Origin: the human T2T-CHM13v2.0 reference genome, Homo sapiens
Direction: 5' to 3' (one strand)
Assembly: GCF_009914755.1 (NCBI RefSeq)
Contig: NC_060934.1
DNA: 64,000 nucleotides
The notes below the pieces were generated by a model that saw only the letters and a program-made list of their open reading frames with translations, searched no databases and had not been told where the DNA came from. A program made the translations under genes and the position numbers. Shown here in pieces: positions 26,664 through 39,954 of the stretch. How positions within the stretch are numbered: position 1 is the first letter of the stretch; each line of letters starts with the position of its first letter.

Positions 26664-28350
26664 TTGGAAACAAAAAAACCAACGATTACATCTTTCTTTG
26701 GGAAACTTGCAGCCTGGGCATATAGTTGTTCAAAATACATTGTAAATACAAACACTTTTATTGTAATGCAATATATGTATTTCTGAAAAATTTCTAAGTT
26801 CTACATAGACACTAAAATCCAGATTTTAGGCAGACCACTGAAAAACTATGAAACTCTATCACCAGAATGCTTAAAAATAAAAATCCTAAAAATAGAAAAA
26901 TAAACAGTATTTTAGTGTAATTTCTAATAGATATATAATGGACTTTAGAAACACAAAGGTGAGGATCATTTGATGGAAGGAATACAAGGAGTAACCAAGC
27001 TTCTAAGTTACACAGACTAGGAGAAAATGTCCAGAGATTGGAGAGAACCCTGAAATGAGTACTTCTGAGATCGAGCAGAAGCCTGCTGGAGTCAGGAGGA
27101 AGAAAACGGATACAAGAGCAAGGTATGCAGTCCTGTTTCTCAATTTGGCTTGCTGCCTTGAGCTGTATTAGTGTACTTTGCACCTAGCTGCTGATACTTG
27201 GAGGCAGTGGCATACTCAAGGAAAACTGCTTATGGACCAATTCATACATCCTACACCACATTCCCGATAGCACCGATCTCATACAAGTGAATCTGCATTA
27301 TAGAAGCATGTATGTAGCAGCAGCAAAGACTGCACAACGGTGCATTTTCTAAAGCAGATTCAAATCTATAAGGGGACTTTATAAACCCCACTTTCTTTTC
27401 TTCTGTCCAGACTGAACACCACCTGAACGCTCCTCCAAAGACACCAGTGCTTGGGAACGTGACATGAGAAATTTTGGATGCATGACCCGAGAAAAGCAAG
27501 GCAAACCAGGGCAGCTGCTAGCACACAGGCACCTCTGTGCACATCAGAAAATGAGCCTCCTCTGTGCGGACAACTCACAAAAAGGGTGCCTGTCTCCCGC
27601 TAATGCAGCCCCTTGCTATGGTGTGCAGGTGGCAATACTGACGTCAGCCCCCACCTGCCCCTACCACCTGGAGCCTTTGTGCAGGTCATGTAGAATGCTA
27701 CAGAGGTCATTCTCGGGTTGACTAATACCTAACACCTTCCTCAAAGTCCAGGCTGAAAAAACAAAAGCAAGGCTTATTTATTACAACTACAAATAAACTA
27801 AGCTCTGAATGTTAGGGTGTCTAGCAACTTGCAAATATGTTTCTAAGCCTAAATGACCAAGCCTACAGAAACACAAACAAAAGTAATTTAAATAAGAACA
27901 TGTCCATAAGAATGGAAATGAATAAAACCATAAAATCAGAAGGAGAGAAGTATAGAAGCACCTGAAGAAGGGTTTGGCAGTTCCCTGGAAATGCCACATA
28001 CCCTTTATGCTTTTCTATGCATTACTCTGCCTGTAACATGTTTTCTCCAGCTTCTCCATCCACCACGCTAATTCAATTCTTGAAGAATTTCAAGAGCCTA
28101 CCACTAACTCTCCCAGGGCAGTTTATTAATCCTCTTCTGTCTCACAGTATCTGTGTGTACAATCCCAGTTGTGGCAAGAGGGGCAGGGGTATCCCGCCAG
28201 AAGCTAACAGCCCCCAAATAACAATAATGTAATGGAGAGTGTGAATGGTAAGAAAATGACCTAGGTGAGTCACTGTCGATTCCTTCCTGTTACCTAACAG
28301 TCACCAAATCCAGCTGATTCTACCTGAAATCTCTCTAAGCACATCCTTTG

Positions 28351-28439
28351 TCTGCTTGTTTACAGCAGTATCTTCAAACCTTTTAGGCTATGGGCCACTT
28401 AGACAACACAGCTTCTACCACATCTATACCTGGTTATCC
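28351..28439 (+). repeat. 89-bp dispersed direct repeat, copy B (interrupts an L2-like fragment)
   Basis: 87/89 identical to 26575-26663; L2-like sequence on both sides. Confidence 0.95.
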
Positions 28440-30070
28440 AACAATGTCTGTTACCCCTGCCCAAGCTCAGGTTCCCATCACCTCTGGAAGACAGAAATGG
28501 CATTCTTCCTTCTTGCAGTCCCACCTCCTGTCCCACTGACTCCCCTCACAGATCCATCCCTGGAAGGCTGCAGAAGTGCCACCATGCTTTGGCTTCTCAC
28601 TGTCTCACTTACTGTTGGATTCCCTCTTTTGAAACTTTGAGGTTGATTTGCATTTCTGCTGACAGGGTTATTCAGGTCAGCTCTGCACTGAAAATAAGTA
28701 AGCGTCCTGAATAAAATATGTTCTTAAACATCTTCTTGAAGGCATGAAAGAGTTGGAAGAGGGAGGAGAGAAGTCGGCCTGTCAAGATCTTAGTGAAAAC
28801 TGGAAGCAGGAAGAATAAGTTAGTCATGGAAGCCACTTTGGCTCTAAGGGCTTTGATGGCCTCATGGGTTGACAGGAACAGAAGACAAAGACTAGGGCCC
28901 ACCCAAGGTGTGAAGTCTAATAGGAAACCTTTTCTCCATAAGGCTACAATGGGTCTACCAAAAATAAAACCATGCCACCCCAGGGACTGCAGCCCAATTT
29001 TATATCACCATGAGGTCCAAAAAATTCCAAGCTGTGAATTTAGTTTCAAATGGTCTTGGTCTCCAGTATCCCTAGCCATGTGGCAAAAACAAACAATTCT
29101 CTCTGGAAGGATACATCTTTATCTTAAGACTTGAAGAATGTTCCCTGAATGACTATCCAAGGAAGTGAGCAGCTCAGAGCCAAAATGAACCAAACATAAA
29201 TGGCAACAAGGCACCATGAAGAAGAACCAGCAGAAACAATACACAATAGAAAAAGACCCACAAAGGACTGAGATACTGACATTATCCCTATTCTTACAAT
29301 GTTTATGCAATCTTAAATTTAACTTATGGTACACTTCTGAATACTACAATTTTTAGAGGCATGTCTGAAGCCATTAAAAGAACAAGTCAGTAATAACACT
29401 GCAGCACACTCTTCTAACATAATATCTCAGATTACTTAGAAATGCATTCATAGTCTTCACGCAGTTCACTTGGCGGCCCTTCAACATCTGACACTGTTTG
29501 AAAGAAGTTGTTTACTTTCTGAACCTTTTCTGTCGTGTTCACAAGACACAGTTCTTGCATGCTGCTGTAAACATAACCTCTTTCTTTGGCACTGGCTTGC
29601 AGTTACCCCATACCTCTTATCACCAATTTGCAGCAAGTTTTTCCCCACTCTCTAACACACTGCACAACCCGCTCAGCAAAATGCTCTAAAATGCTCTATG
29701 CTTGATTATAACAAAAGTCAACTTTCTATGTTTATGAAAATTGAATATGGGAGGCCTCATGGTATACCACCTGAGAACTAATGGCCTACGGTTTAGAATC
29801 CCAGCCCCACTCATTCATTCAACAATATGTACTGAGCACCTACTATCTAAACACACTGTTCTAGATGCAGGGATACACCTAGTAAATAGGAAAAAGTCTC
29901 AGTTGCTATGAAACTTATTGTTCTAGTTGAGGGAGATAAGCAATAAAAATGTACACAACTCAGTTTCAAACAGTGTTAAGTGTCACAGAGAAAATAACAG
30001 TATGATAGTGGAGGGGCTCCCTTAGCTTAGGAGGTCAGAGAGGCCATCTGAGAAGGCAACCCCTTAGCTA

Positions 30071-30496
<426 letters not shown>

Positions 30497-31505
30497 TTAG
30501 GAACAGAAAAAGCGCAGGGCAGCTGGAACATAGGAATCATGAAGAGGGTGTTATGGGATGAGGGCAAGGAGGAAAGTGGGGCCCAGGCCAGTAAGATCCT
30601 GCAGGTCAGAAAAGGTTTGGATTTTATTCTAAATGCAATGTAAAGCCTTTGGAAGGTTTAACTGAGGACATGACATGAAATCATCTACAGTTTAGCAAGA
30701 TTCCTCTGCCACTGCTGCAGACAAGGTGGACTGAAACAGGGCAAAACTGAATGCCGGGAGACCAAACAGGAGGCTACCACAGTGTTCCTGAGAAAGAAGA
30801 TTCAAATAGAAAGCATGTGGATTCGGGACTCAAAAATTGGATGTGGAGAAGGAGTGGGGAGAAAAAAGCATAATCAAGGTTGCTCCCTACGTTTAAGCTT
30901 GAGCACCTGGGTCTATGGTGGTCCATTTTCTGAGACGGGAAGAGGCCAGTTTAAGTTATGACAGGGGACGGGGCAGAGTGCAGGGAGGAAATCAAGAGGC
31001 CTGCTTGGGACATCTGAGATGTCTATTAGGTATTCATGTGAAGATACCTGGTAAGAAACTGCATATAGAGCCCAAGAGGAAAGTTAGAGCTGAAGTTAAA
31101 AATTTCTCAATCATGACTGTAAAATGGTATAAAAAGCCATGAGACTAAATGAAATCATGTAGGTAAAGTAAATGTAATTGTAGAAGATGATCCTGGACAC
31201 AGGCCTGGGGCATTCCAACATTTCCAGACTGAGCAAAAGAGGAGCCTGCACCTAAGGAGTGGCTAGTGAAGCAGAAGGAAAACAAGAGACAAAAAAAAAG
31301 GAGCCCCCTGCATTTGAAAATGTTAGCACTGCCAGTGATGCTGACTTGAGCAGTTTCCTAGGTGTGCTGGAGGTGAAAGCTAGATTGGGGTAAGTTAAGG
31401 AGATCATCGCAGGTAAGTTGACGGTTGCCAGGTACGGTGTCTCTATAGAAATAGGAGACCTCAGCTTTAGACAAGGCTTTTCACTCCTGCTATGAAAAGG
31501 AACAG

Positions 31506-31668
31506 GGCAGGTGTGGTAGCTCACATGTATAATCCCAGCACTTAGGGAGTCTGAAGCAGGACTGCTTGAGACCAGGAGTTTGAGGCAGCAGTGAGCCATG
31601 ATTGCACCATGCACTCCAGCCCAGGCCAAAAAGCAAGACCTCATCTGAAAAAAAAAAAAAAAAAAAAA
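31506..31668 (+). mobile_element. Alu monomer (FRAM/FAM-like)
   Basis: Single monomer with polyA; TSD aaaaggaacag on both sides. Confidence 0.85.
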
Positions 31669-32420
31669 GGAACAGAAAACACGAGAAGACACTAAAATGA
31701 GAGACTAAGGGTGAAGGAGAGCTTCTGCTGTTACTGTAGTTTATTTTGCTTTCAAGATGGGCGGCCCCGGAATGGTGAGCCATGTCAGTGGAAGACACTG
31801 CAATGGTGGGAATCGTCTATATCTGCACTGTTCAATCCAGTAACCACTAACCACATGTGGCTAGTGAGCACTTGATATGAGAAACTGAATTTTAAGTTTT
31901 ATTAGCTGAAATTTAAATTGCCATATATAGCTAGCAGCTACAAAACCAGGCAGGGCAGCCCCTCCAGCATGTCTGTAGACTGACGGACCCAGCTGTCCAA
32001 AATTTAGATGGGATGGTGGGAAGAGTGGAAGCTGACGGCTTCTATTTGTTCAATGCTTTCTAAATGAGGTTATATGCTGAGGGAAGGACGGGGTGGGGGA
32101 AGTGGGGGACAGGACACTAGGTGAAGTTCAAGGAGAAGTGAAAAGGAAGAAATGACTTCAGAGAGTGGAGAACATATTAAAGGAGGCAGTAACACTTCCG
32201 GGTCGAGTGTCATTTGAGATTTGTGGCAAATTTTAAAGTAACCCTGGTCAGAACTGCTGGCTTTTCTCTGGCAAACATCAACCACTTGGCCCTTCAAAGG
32301 TGGCCTCAAACTACTCTTTCAACCATCTCCTGACACTCCCTTTATGTTCCTCTGTGGTTTTCAATTTTCTTGGCTGCAGGATCTTTTTTACCCCCTTTAC
32401 GTATTATATTCAGTACCCCA

Positions 32421-32423
<3 letters not shown>

Positions 32424-32461
<38 letters not shown>
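32424..32461 (+). repeat. Poly(A)38 tract
   Basis: Direct inspection; no adjacent SINE body. Confidence 0.95.
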
Positions 32462-32463
<2 letters not shown>

Positions 32464-32825
32464 ACAGAGAGATGACAATGAGGACAAAAACAAGGCTGTT
32501 CTGGAGGAAACTGAGGTAGGCCTAAATTCCCCCACCAGCTTGGCCCCCTCCCACCAGCCCCTGAGGCACATCTAAGGAATCTCAGGGCTTGAAACCAAAG
32601 ATTTACCCTGATGGGTGTTTCTCAGACTTAAATATGCTGACGATCAACATGTCTTGTTAAAATGTACATTCTGCTCCAGCAGGTCTGCAGAGGCCCAAGC
32701 TCTGCATTTCTAACATGTTACTGGGTTCTGCCACTGTGGCCACACCCAAAGCCAACTACTCACATTCTCCGCTCTGCTTGGTTTTGCCCGCTGTCGGACC
32801 CTCAGCTGCATATGCCTTTCCCCAT

Positions 32826-33194
32826 TGTATTAGTCTGTTCTCACGCTGCTGTGAAGAAATACCCAAGACTGGGTAATTTATAAAGGAAAGAGGTTTAACT
32901 GACTCAGTTCTGCAGGGCTGGGGAGACCTCAAGAAACTTACGATCATGGCAGAAGGGGAAGCAAACACATCCTTCTTCACATGGCAGCAGCAAGCAGAAG
33001 AATGAACACCCAGCAAAAGGAGAAGCTCCTTATTTAAAATCATTAGGTCTCGTGAGAACTAACTATCACGAGAATACGATGGGGAAAACTGCCCCCATGA
33101 TTCAATTATCTCCAGCTGATCCACCCACAACACCTGGGGATTATGGGTACAATTCAAGATTAGATTTGAGTGGGGACACAGCCAAACCATATCA
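32826..33194 (-). mobile_element. THE1 (B/C-like) MaLR solo LTR
   Basis: tgtattagtctgttctc...gccaaaccatatca; perfect 5-bp TSD CCCAT (32821-32825, 33195-33199). Confidence 0.93.
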
Positions 33195-33999
33195 CCCATC
33201 TTCTGCAGCTGGGAGATTCTATCTAATCCTCAAGGTCCTCCTCATTGTTACCTCCTCTCAAGGATTCTCCAAGTCCCCCAGGCAGAAGTAATCATGATCC
33301 AGTCCTGGTTAGCACCTTGGCAGATCTCCTACCACTATATCCCCCTCTTGCTGTGCTCCAGCCATGCCAGCTTTCCTGCAGTTGCCATAACAAGCCAAGC
33401 AAACACCAGCCTCACGGCCTTTGCACCAGCTGACCCCTCCGCCTGAAATGCTCTTCTCCCAAACTGCCTCATGTCTAAGCCCTTCACCGACGTCATGCCT
33501 TTGCTCAATGTTCTGCACGGTCTATTTAATACCTTCCACCCCTAGCATTCTGGACACTGTAGTTATTTACACATATATTTATTTTACGTCTGTGTCCCCT
33601 GTAGTTATGCACAATTTGAGAGCAAGGTCCACAATATATTCATTTTGCATCTGAAGCATCTTGCAGTGTCTCCATATTTAAAGACAAGGTGAAATATCAA
33701 GTCAATAGCTGACATAACTTGCAACTAATGGATGTGAATTAGATTTCTGACACTTCAAAGAACCTAATCGCTAGTGGAAGTGTGAAAAATACAAGAAAGA
33801 ACATAACAAAATAGATACAGAAAGCAAAGCAAGGGCACAAGGGTAATTCTAAAATGATAATTCATAACTCAAAAATACACAAGGATGCCAAGAACAACGA
33901 TGATGTTCTACTACAAAACAGGATAAAGTAACCATTGATTTAGCATACAATCTGATAATTTGCTACCTCTTAGCATTTAAGATATTAAAAAAAAAAATA

Positions 34000-34345
34000 G
34001 GATAGGCATGGTGGCTCAAGGCTCTATTTCCAGCACTTTGGGAGGCTGAGGTGAGAGGATTGCTTGAGGTCAGAAGTTTGAGACCAGCCTGGCCAATACA
34101 GCAAGACCCTGTCTCTATTTTAAAGGATAGTAATAATGACAGCTAGCACATTAAGAACTTACCATGTGCCAGCAACTATTTAGGCATCTTACAAGTATGA
34201 ATTGATTTAATCCATATAACAAACTTCCAAAGTAGGTACCATTATTGCCTCCTTTTATAATCAAGGAACTGAGAGGCAAAATAACTTGTTCAAGGTCACA
34301 TAGCCAACCGAACAAGGACTCCAGAGCTCTTAATCACTGTGCCCA
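34000..34345. mobile_element. FLAM monomer (+, 34000-34124) abutting a MIR (-, ~34130-34345)
   Basis: Left-monomer Alu sequence, then acttaccatgtgccag...aacttgttcaaggtcacatagc. Confidence 0.8.
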
Positions 34346-35776
34346 GGTAGCTGAAAAACTATAAAGATTTAGAATTGTGAGGCTTAGCTTTAGGTAAGTT
34401 ACTGTTTTAAAACTCCCTACAACATTTTTCTTAAATAAATTATGTACTGGTTCTCTCCCTACATGCTCTGAACATTAACAATGATTTTCTTTCTATGAAG
34501 GGAAAAACTGGTTTTCAAGTAGTTTTCTCCCATGTTAACAGCTAATACTCTGTCCATCCAAGAAGAACAGCTCTTAAGACTAAGAAAATAAAAGAACTCA
34601 AAGAAATGAATGATTCCTGAGCTTGGCCCAGGCAGCACAGCTCAGTGGTTAACGGTACCGTTGTGAATCCCAAGTACTAGGCACTGTGACCCAGGCGGGT
34701 AATCAATTCAGCCTATGCGTGTTCCCCCCCAAGAATTCTTCCTGGCTGCTGCGTGCTCTCCCCACTTTCTCACCCCACACTATCCCCATCTTATTCTTGC
34801 AAGGGTTCTTGATGGGGTTCCATGAACTCCCAAGTGGTCCATGGATAGAATTAAAAGGATCCTTGAACTTGCTAGGACATATCCTCTGTATTTTCATTTA
34901 TTCCTTTAAAAGCCTCATTCTGAGGAGTCTATGGCCTTCACTGGACTGCCATAGGAGTTCCTAGTACAAAAAAGAAAAGAAATGAGGATAAAGGCAGACA
35001 CAGGGAAATAAGCTAGGGGGGTTTAATATCAGTCTAGGAAAGAGGGAAACAAATCTGGTTAGGAGTGACAGAAGTGAGAATGGAAACGAAGAGACGGATT
35101 CAAGGAAACTCCCCAGGGATTCCTAACAAAATGGCATCTTTCACCTTCCTTCTACTTACCTTCCAAAAAAGAGGAATTGCCTCTACTTCCACTCATTCAC
35201 TCCTTAAGTCTTTAAGCTTTCACAGCCACCCGCAATCAACCACAAGCACAGCCATGACTTTCAAGCACTTGGGAACATCTAATTGTGCCGACCTCTGTTT
35301 TCTCCTCCTGTTTCTTCTTCCTCTGTCCTTCCCTCAAAGCCAAGTGTCCCCAGTGTCCCTGCTCCTCCGGTGGAGATCTGACTTACCGATTCTGTACGGG
35401 CAGGTCTCAATGGTCTATCCCAGCCCTAGTGGCTCCCGAGCTCCAATCACACCTTTCCAGCATCCTACATGGTACTGTAACTGCAGGATCCACCCACCAC
35501 CATCACCTGCAATTCCACATTCTTAAATCTAAATTGCTTGTGTCCCTTTCCAACCTACAATTTCTTCTCCCAAATTCTCTAATCTATCATGGGGCCACCA
35601 TTCTTCTAAGGGCTCATCACATACAGTTGGGGCTGGGGGAGGAATCCTTAGTGGTAAAGTTCTTCCTTCTACTGCTATGTAGCCTGTGGACCTGCAGCAT
35701 CAGTACCACCCGAGAGTATGATAAATGCACAGTCTCAGGCAGCACTCCCAACAGATCTGCTGAATTAGACACTGCA

Positions 35777-36085
35777 TTTTAATTTTTATTGTTTCACATT
35801 TAGTGGGAGCCTCCATCTGTCACCCAAGCTACAGTACACTGTACAACCATGGCTCCCTGCAGCCTGGACCTCCTGGACTCAGATGATCCTCCCACCTCAG
35901 CCTCCTGAGTAGTTCAGGCTACAGGTGTGTGCCACCATACCCATCTATGTTTTTACATTTTTTGTAGAGACAGGGTCTTGCTATGCTGCCCAGGCTGGTC
36001 TCAAAATCTTGGCCTCAAGCAATCCTCCTGCCTCAGCCTCCCAATGCATGACTAGGATTACATGCATGAGCCACCTACCCAGCAG
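35777..36085 (-). mobile_element. AluJ inserted in a MER5A-like element (~35650-36160)
   Basis: Reverse Alu; flank gcagcatcagtaccacc...aaatgcacagtctcagg...ctgcattttaa. Confidence 0.85.
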
Positions 36086-39000
36086 CAGAGCCTAATTTAG
36101 CAGACTTTTTTTTTTTTTTTAAAAGTCCCCGATTGATAAACACCTTAAATTTTGAGAAACAGGGATCTGGTTCTTTTAATATATCACCATCCAAACTGCA
36201 TTTGAACTTTATTACTTTTAGGCATCATTTACTGAATCCTTATGATGTGCTAATTACAGTGCTAGGCCTTAAACACAGTATCTCATTTAACTCTCAACCC
36301 TGTGAAGTCATATCATTATCTCCATTTTAAGAATGTGAAAATTGAGGCTCAAGTGACTAAATCACCTGCTCAAAGAGCCCATCAGTTCCAAAGTTAGCAT
36401 TTGAACCTCATCTGTCTAACCACAAACCTTTTTTGCCAAATTGCACCAATTCCCTTCAATTCCAAAATTTGTATTTCGAAGGCTATGCTGGCAGAATTAA
36501 TTACTCTGGTTGCCTGTATTTTCTAATCAACTTAAGGCAGATTTTGGTGGTTTATTATAATTCTTGCCGGCAACCTATCTAAAGACACAGCAGATCAGGA
36601 TACCCTGGAAATAGAAATCACTGACCTGACATGGGGCATCATTCTGAGTACTGAAGTTTAGTAACTGTAAGTACTAAGTAACACTAAGTACTAAGTATAA
36701 ATACTTAGAGTTCACTCTAAAGTATCTGACAAATGGAGAGGAAAATGTATTCTGTTCTCTGGTTATAATCCCAAGTTTTAAGGAGTATAAAACGACTTCC
36801 CTAACAAACTTTCTGTATGTCTGCTTGGTATGTTTCTTTCCTCTGAAGATTAAAAAGAACAAAAAAATAGTTTGAGGAGACTAGTTCTTGAATGAATGGT
36901 AGCTGGGTTCCACTCAATAATTTCATCTAATGTCTAATTTTAATTTTAATGTAATTGCCTTATTATGTCCTATTCAGTCAAAGTCATTTCACAGTCACTC
37001 AAATCACTTTAAAACTTAGTTTCCTTATCTTCTTTCAGTGCCCAAATAAAAACCCATGAACCAAAAAAAAAAAAAAAAAAATTATGATGTATCCAATATG
37101 GTCTTTGTCTATTCCAAAAACCAGAGCTTGTGGAGAATATAATCAAAGCTACTGACGCTCCACCAAGGACACCATGAATTCTCCAATCCACACACAACAC
37201 AGCACATGGTGCTCATCAGGCTGGCCCTCACAGATTCCCACGGTAAAGACCCACGGATGTCCAGAACCATCCAGCTCTATTACTCGGACAGAGACCTGCC
37301 TGAAACTGCCTGGCAGGCCCTTTCCCCTCTCTGGGGACTGTTCTTTCCCCAACGCCAACAGGCAAGCGCTGCCATGTTTTTATAACTGCTTAGTCCAAGG
37401 GACGGCCACAAATGACCAAGGCCAGACCAATCCCAAGTGGAATCCTTCCACGGTATTTTTATAACTGAATTAGAGACAGGAAACCCTTTTGGGGGAGCAG
37501 AAATGACAAAATGTGAAATACAGGAACCGTTCATTCCCTGCTCTGTGGAGGAACCAGCCAGCTATGAAGGAGAACTGAGCCAAAGGGTACAGAAAAGTCC
37601 CACGCACTCACACACCCACACACTCAAGCACCCAGCTCTTCACATGGTTCCATTACCAGCCTTTCCTTCTACTGTGATAGGCCCCCCAAACCCCTCAATA
37701 CCTGACATTTTTGCCAAAGCTCATTTCAACTTCTACAGCTTTAAACCAAAAGCCTCTAACATCAATACTTAGCTACTTCTAAATGCTACATGTTTTAAAC
37801 AAGTTTTATGTGCTTTAAGATTTTTCTATACAGATAATGTTTTCCTTTGGATATTTAAATAGGTTTTAAAATACTAATTTCTAAAAGGCTCACATTTCAC
37901 TGTGGATAAAAATCTTTTAGAGTATCTATTTAAAACAAGTCTTGGCTCATATCATTCAACATCCTCCCCACACTATTAAAATATCATCTTAAGACGCTTA
38001 CTGTTTGATCATTTTTAGTTTAATTCTAAATGTAACAAGACAAAACTGCCTTAAGTCTTTTCCTTTATGTATTCAGTTATATTCTCTGCTTAAAATACTT
38101 AAAAATTGGCACTGATCCATTCACTGATGGGTATTTTAAGTTACAAAGCAGTAACATATCAAATTAACCACACAATGGCAGGCTTACTCCCGACTATGAC
38201 CATTGCCCAAATCAAGATTTTCATTACCACCTCAATGGACTTGAACATTTTCACCTTAATTGCAAGTTGTTATGTTTCAATCAAATCGACTTTGGCTTAA
38301 TAGACTGCAATGCAGTTCAGCTACATTCAATATAACAAACCCTTAGTTCACAGTCTCTTAAAATCACCATAGATTTCCTTCCCCTGTAGTCAAGGTCTTG
38401 AAAATTCCCTGAATGTTGCTGCATTTGGAAGGTTATAATAGTAAGACAACTTTTATATAGTATTCTACAAATCCTAGTATAACACTGTGCACCTAGTAGA
38501 CTGAAAAAACAGAATCTTGAGTTAGACTTGGAAATCATCCAAACAACCTCAGTTCACAGATGCAAACACTGATGCCAAAACCTGACCTTAACATGCCCAA
38601 GGTCAACAGTTAGAATTTAAGAAAAACTTAAAGCGCAGATTCAATGAGCGTTTTACCACAGTATGTGGAAGATGCTCGTATACAACACCATGCTTGTTTG
38701 TTCTTAAGACTGCTGACATATTTATTCTCACATTATACTATAAACTTTGGTGCACAGAAGGTCATATAAAACATTTATCTAATATCAGACATTGTCACCT
38801 AAAATGAAATCAAACCAGAAATACATGGCATCTAAGGGTTTTAGATTTCATGTTTATATTACACCTCCATTCTTTTTTCAAAAATAATATAGTAAAGAAA
38901 ATAGACATTTTGAAAAAAAAGGCTGTGAAACAGACCTTTCTTATGTCAACTCAGAGCCCTCAAAATAAAGACAGTTGGATAAAAATATTAGAGGTGTTTT

Positions 39001-39909
39001 AGCAATTCTTCCCACAGTAGCTGGCACTGTATGTGCCCAATATATATCTGTTGAATGAGTAACATGCTTACATTTATATGAAATGGAAACTTCACTCCTC
39101 TGGTTGTGGATACTTAGAACTGCCAACTTCTCTTGAGAGCAAAAGAAAATAACACCAAATGTACTATTTACAAGTCATACACTATGAAACACTTAAGTAG
39201 TTTCAAAATATTTCCAATTAGCAAGAAACTCTAAAACAAATGTAGCAATTCATAAATATAAGGTAGCAACGTAAGTGGTTACAGTAAAACATACACAATT
39301 ACAAGATTTTTTAAGGCAAACTGGAATTCAGACGAGTTCCCAGAAAGCACACTCTTTTTCGGCAGCATATTGTTGACACTACCTTACTAAATTAAACCCC
39401 GAGACAGAAACACTCTCCTGACCAAAACACCAGAACTCCAAAGGAGATAAAAGCACCATAAATATGAGTAAGCACTACAGTATTCATCCTTTTTTTAAAT
39501 TGTAAGTTTCTATTCTAGTAATAAGGGACCCAAAAACTACTAACATAAATAATAAAAGAGCTTAACAAAATTATACATAACTCTACATTGTAAACTTATT
39601 ACTTAGGAAAAATTGCATTTCATTTTCCGTAATAAAACTTGAGAGAGGAGTTTTTGGTGCAGTAATGCATGCTCTTGTAACAACTTACATTCCCAAATAG
39701 CTAAAGAAGTTGCCAGGAAGTTAAAATGAACTTCAGTGAGTCAGTCATTAAGCTGGATAAAAATAATCATTTCTCAACTTTTCCAAAAACACTCACTCCA
39801 TGCAAACACGATCGATCCTGATACTGTTTTGCCCTTCCCCCTGCTCAGCTTGGGGAAGAAAAATACAAAAACGATGCTTTTAGGCATTTTAAACAACTTC
39901 ACTACATTG

Positions 39910-39912
<3 letters not shown>

Positions 39913-39943
<31 letters not shown>

Positions 39944-39954
39944 TGTGTGTGTGT
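39913..39954 (+). repeat. (GT)n microsatellite at the CpG-island shore
   Basis: Direct inspection. Confidence 0.95.

Noticed and set aside
26493-28640. Two ORFs sharing AVSSNLLGYGPLRQHSFYHIYTWLS, suggesting paralogous mini-genes or a repeat-spacer array
   Set aside because: Fully explained by the single 89-bp DNA duplication; only two copies, no array structure and no coding signal.
38106-38300. Hydrophobic 64-aa ORF with faint GPCR-like FTLIASCYV
   Set aside because: TTG start, too short, and no other receptor motifs nearby.
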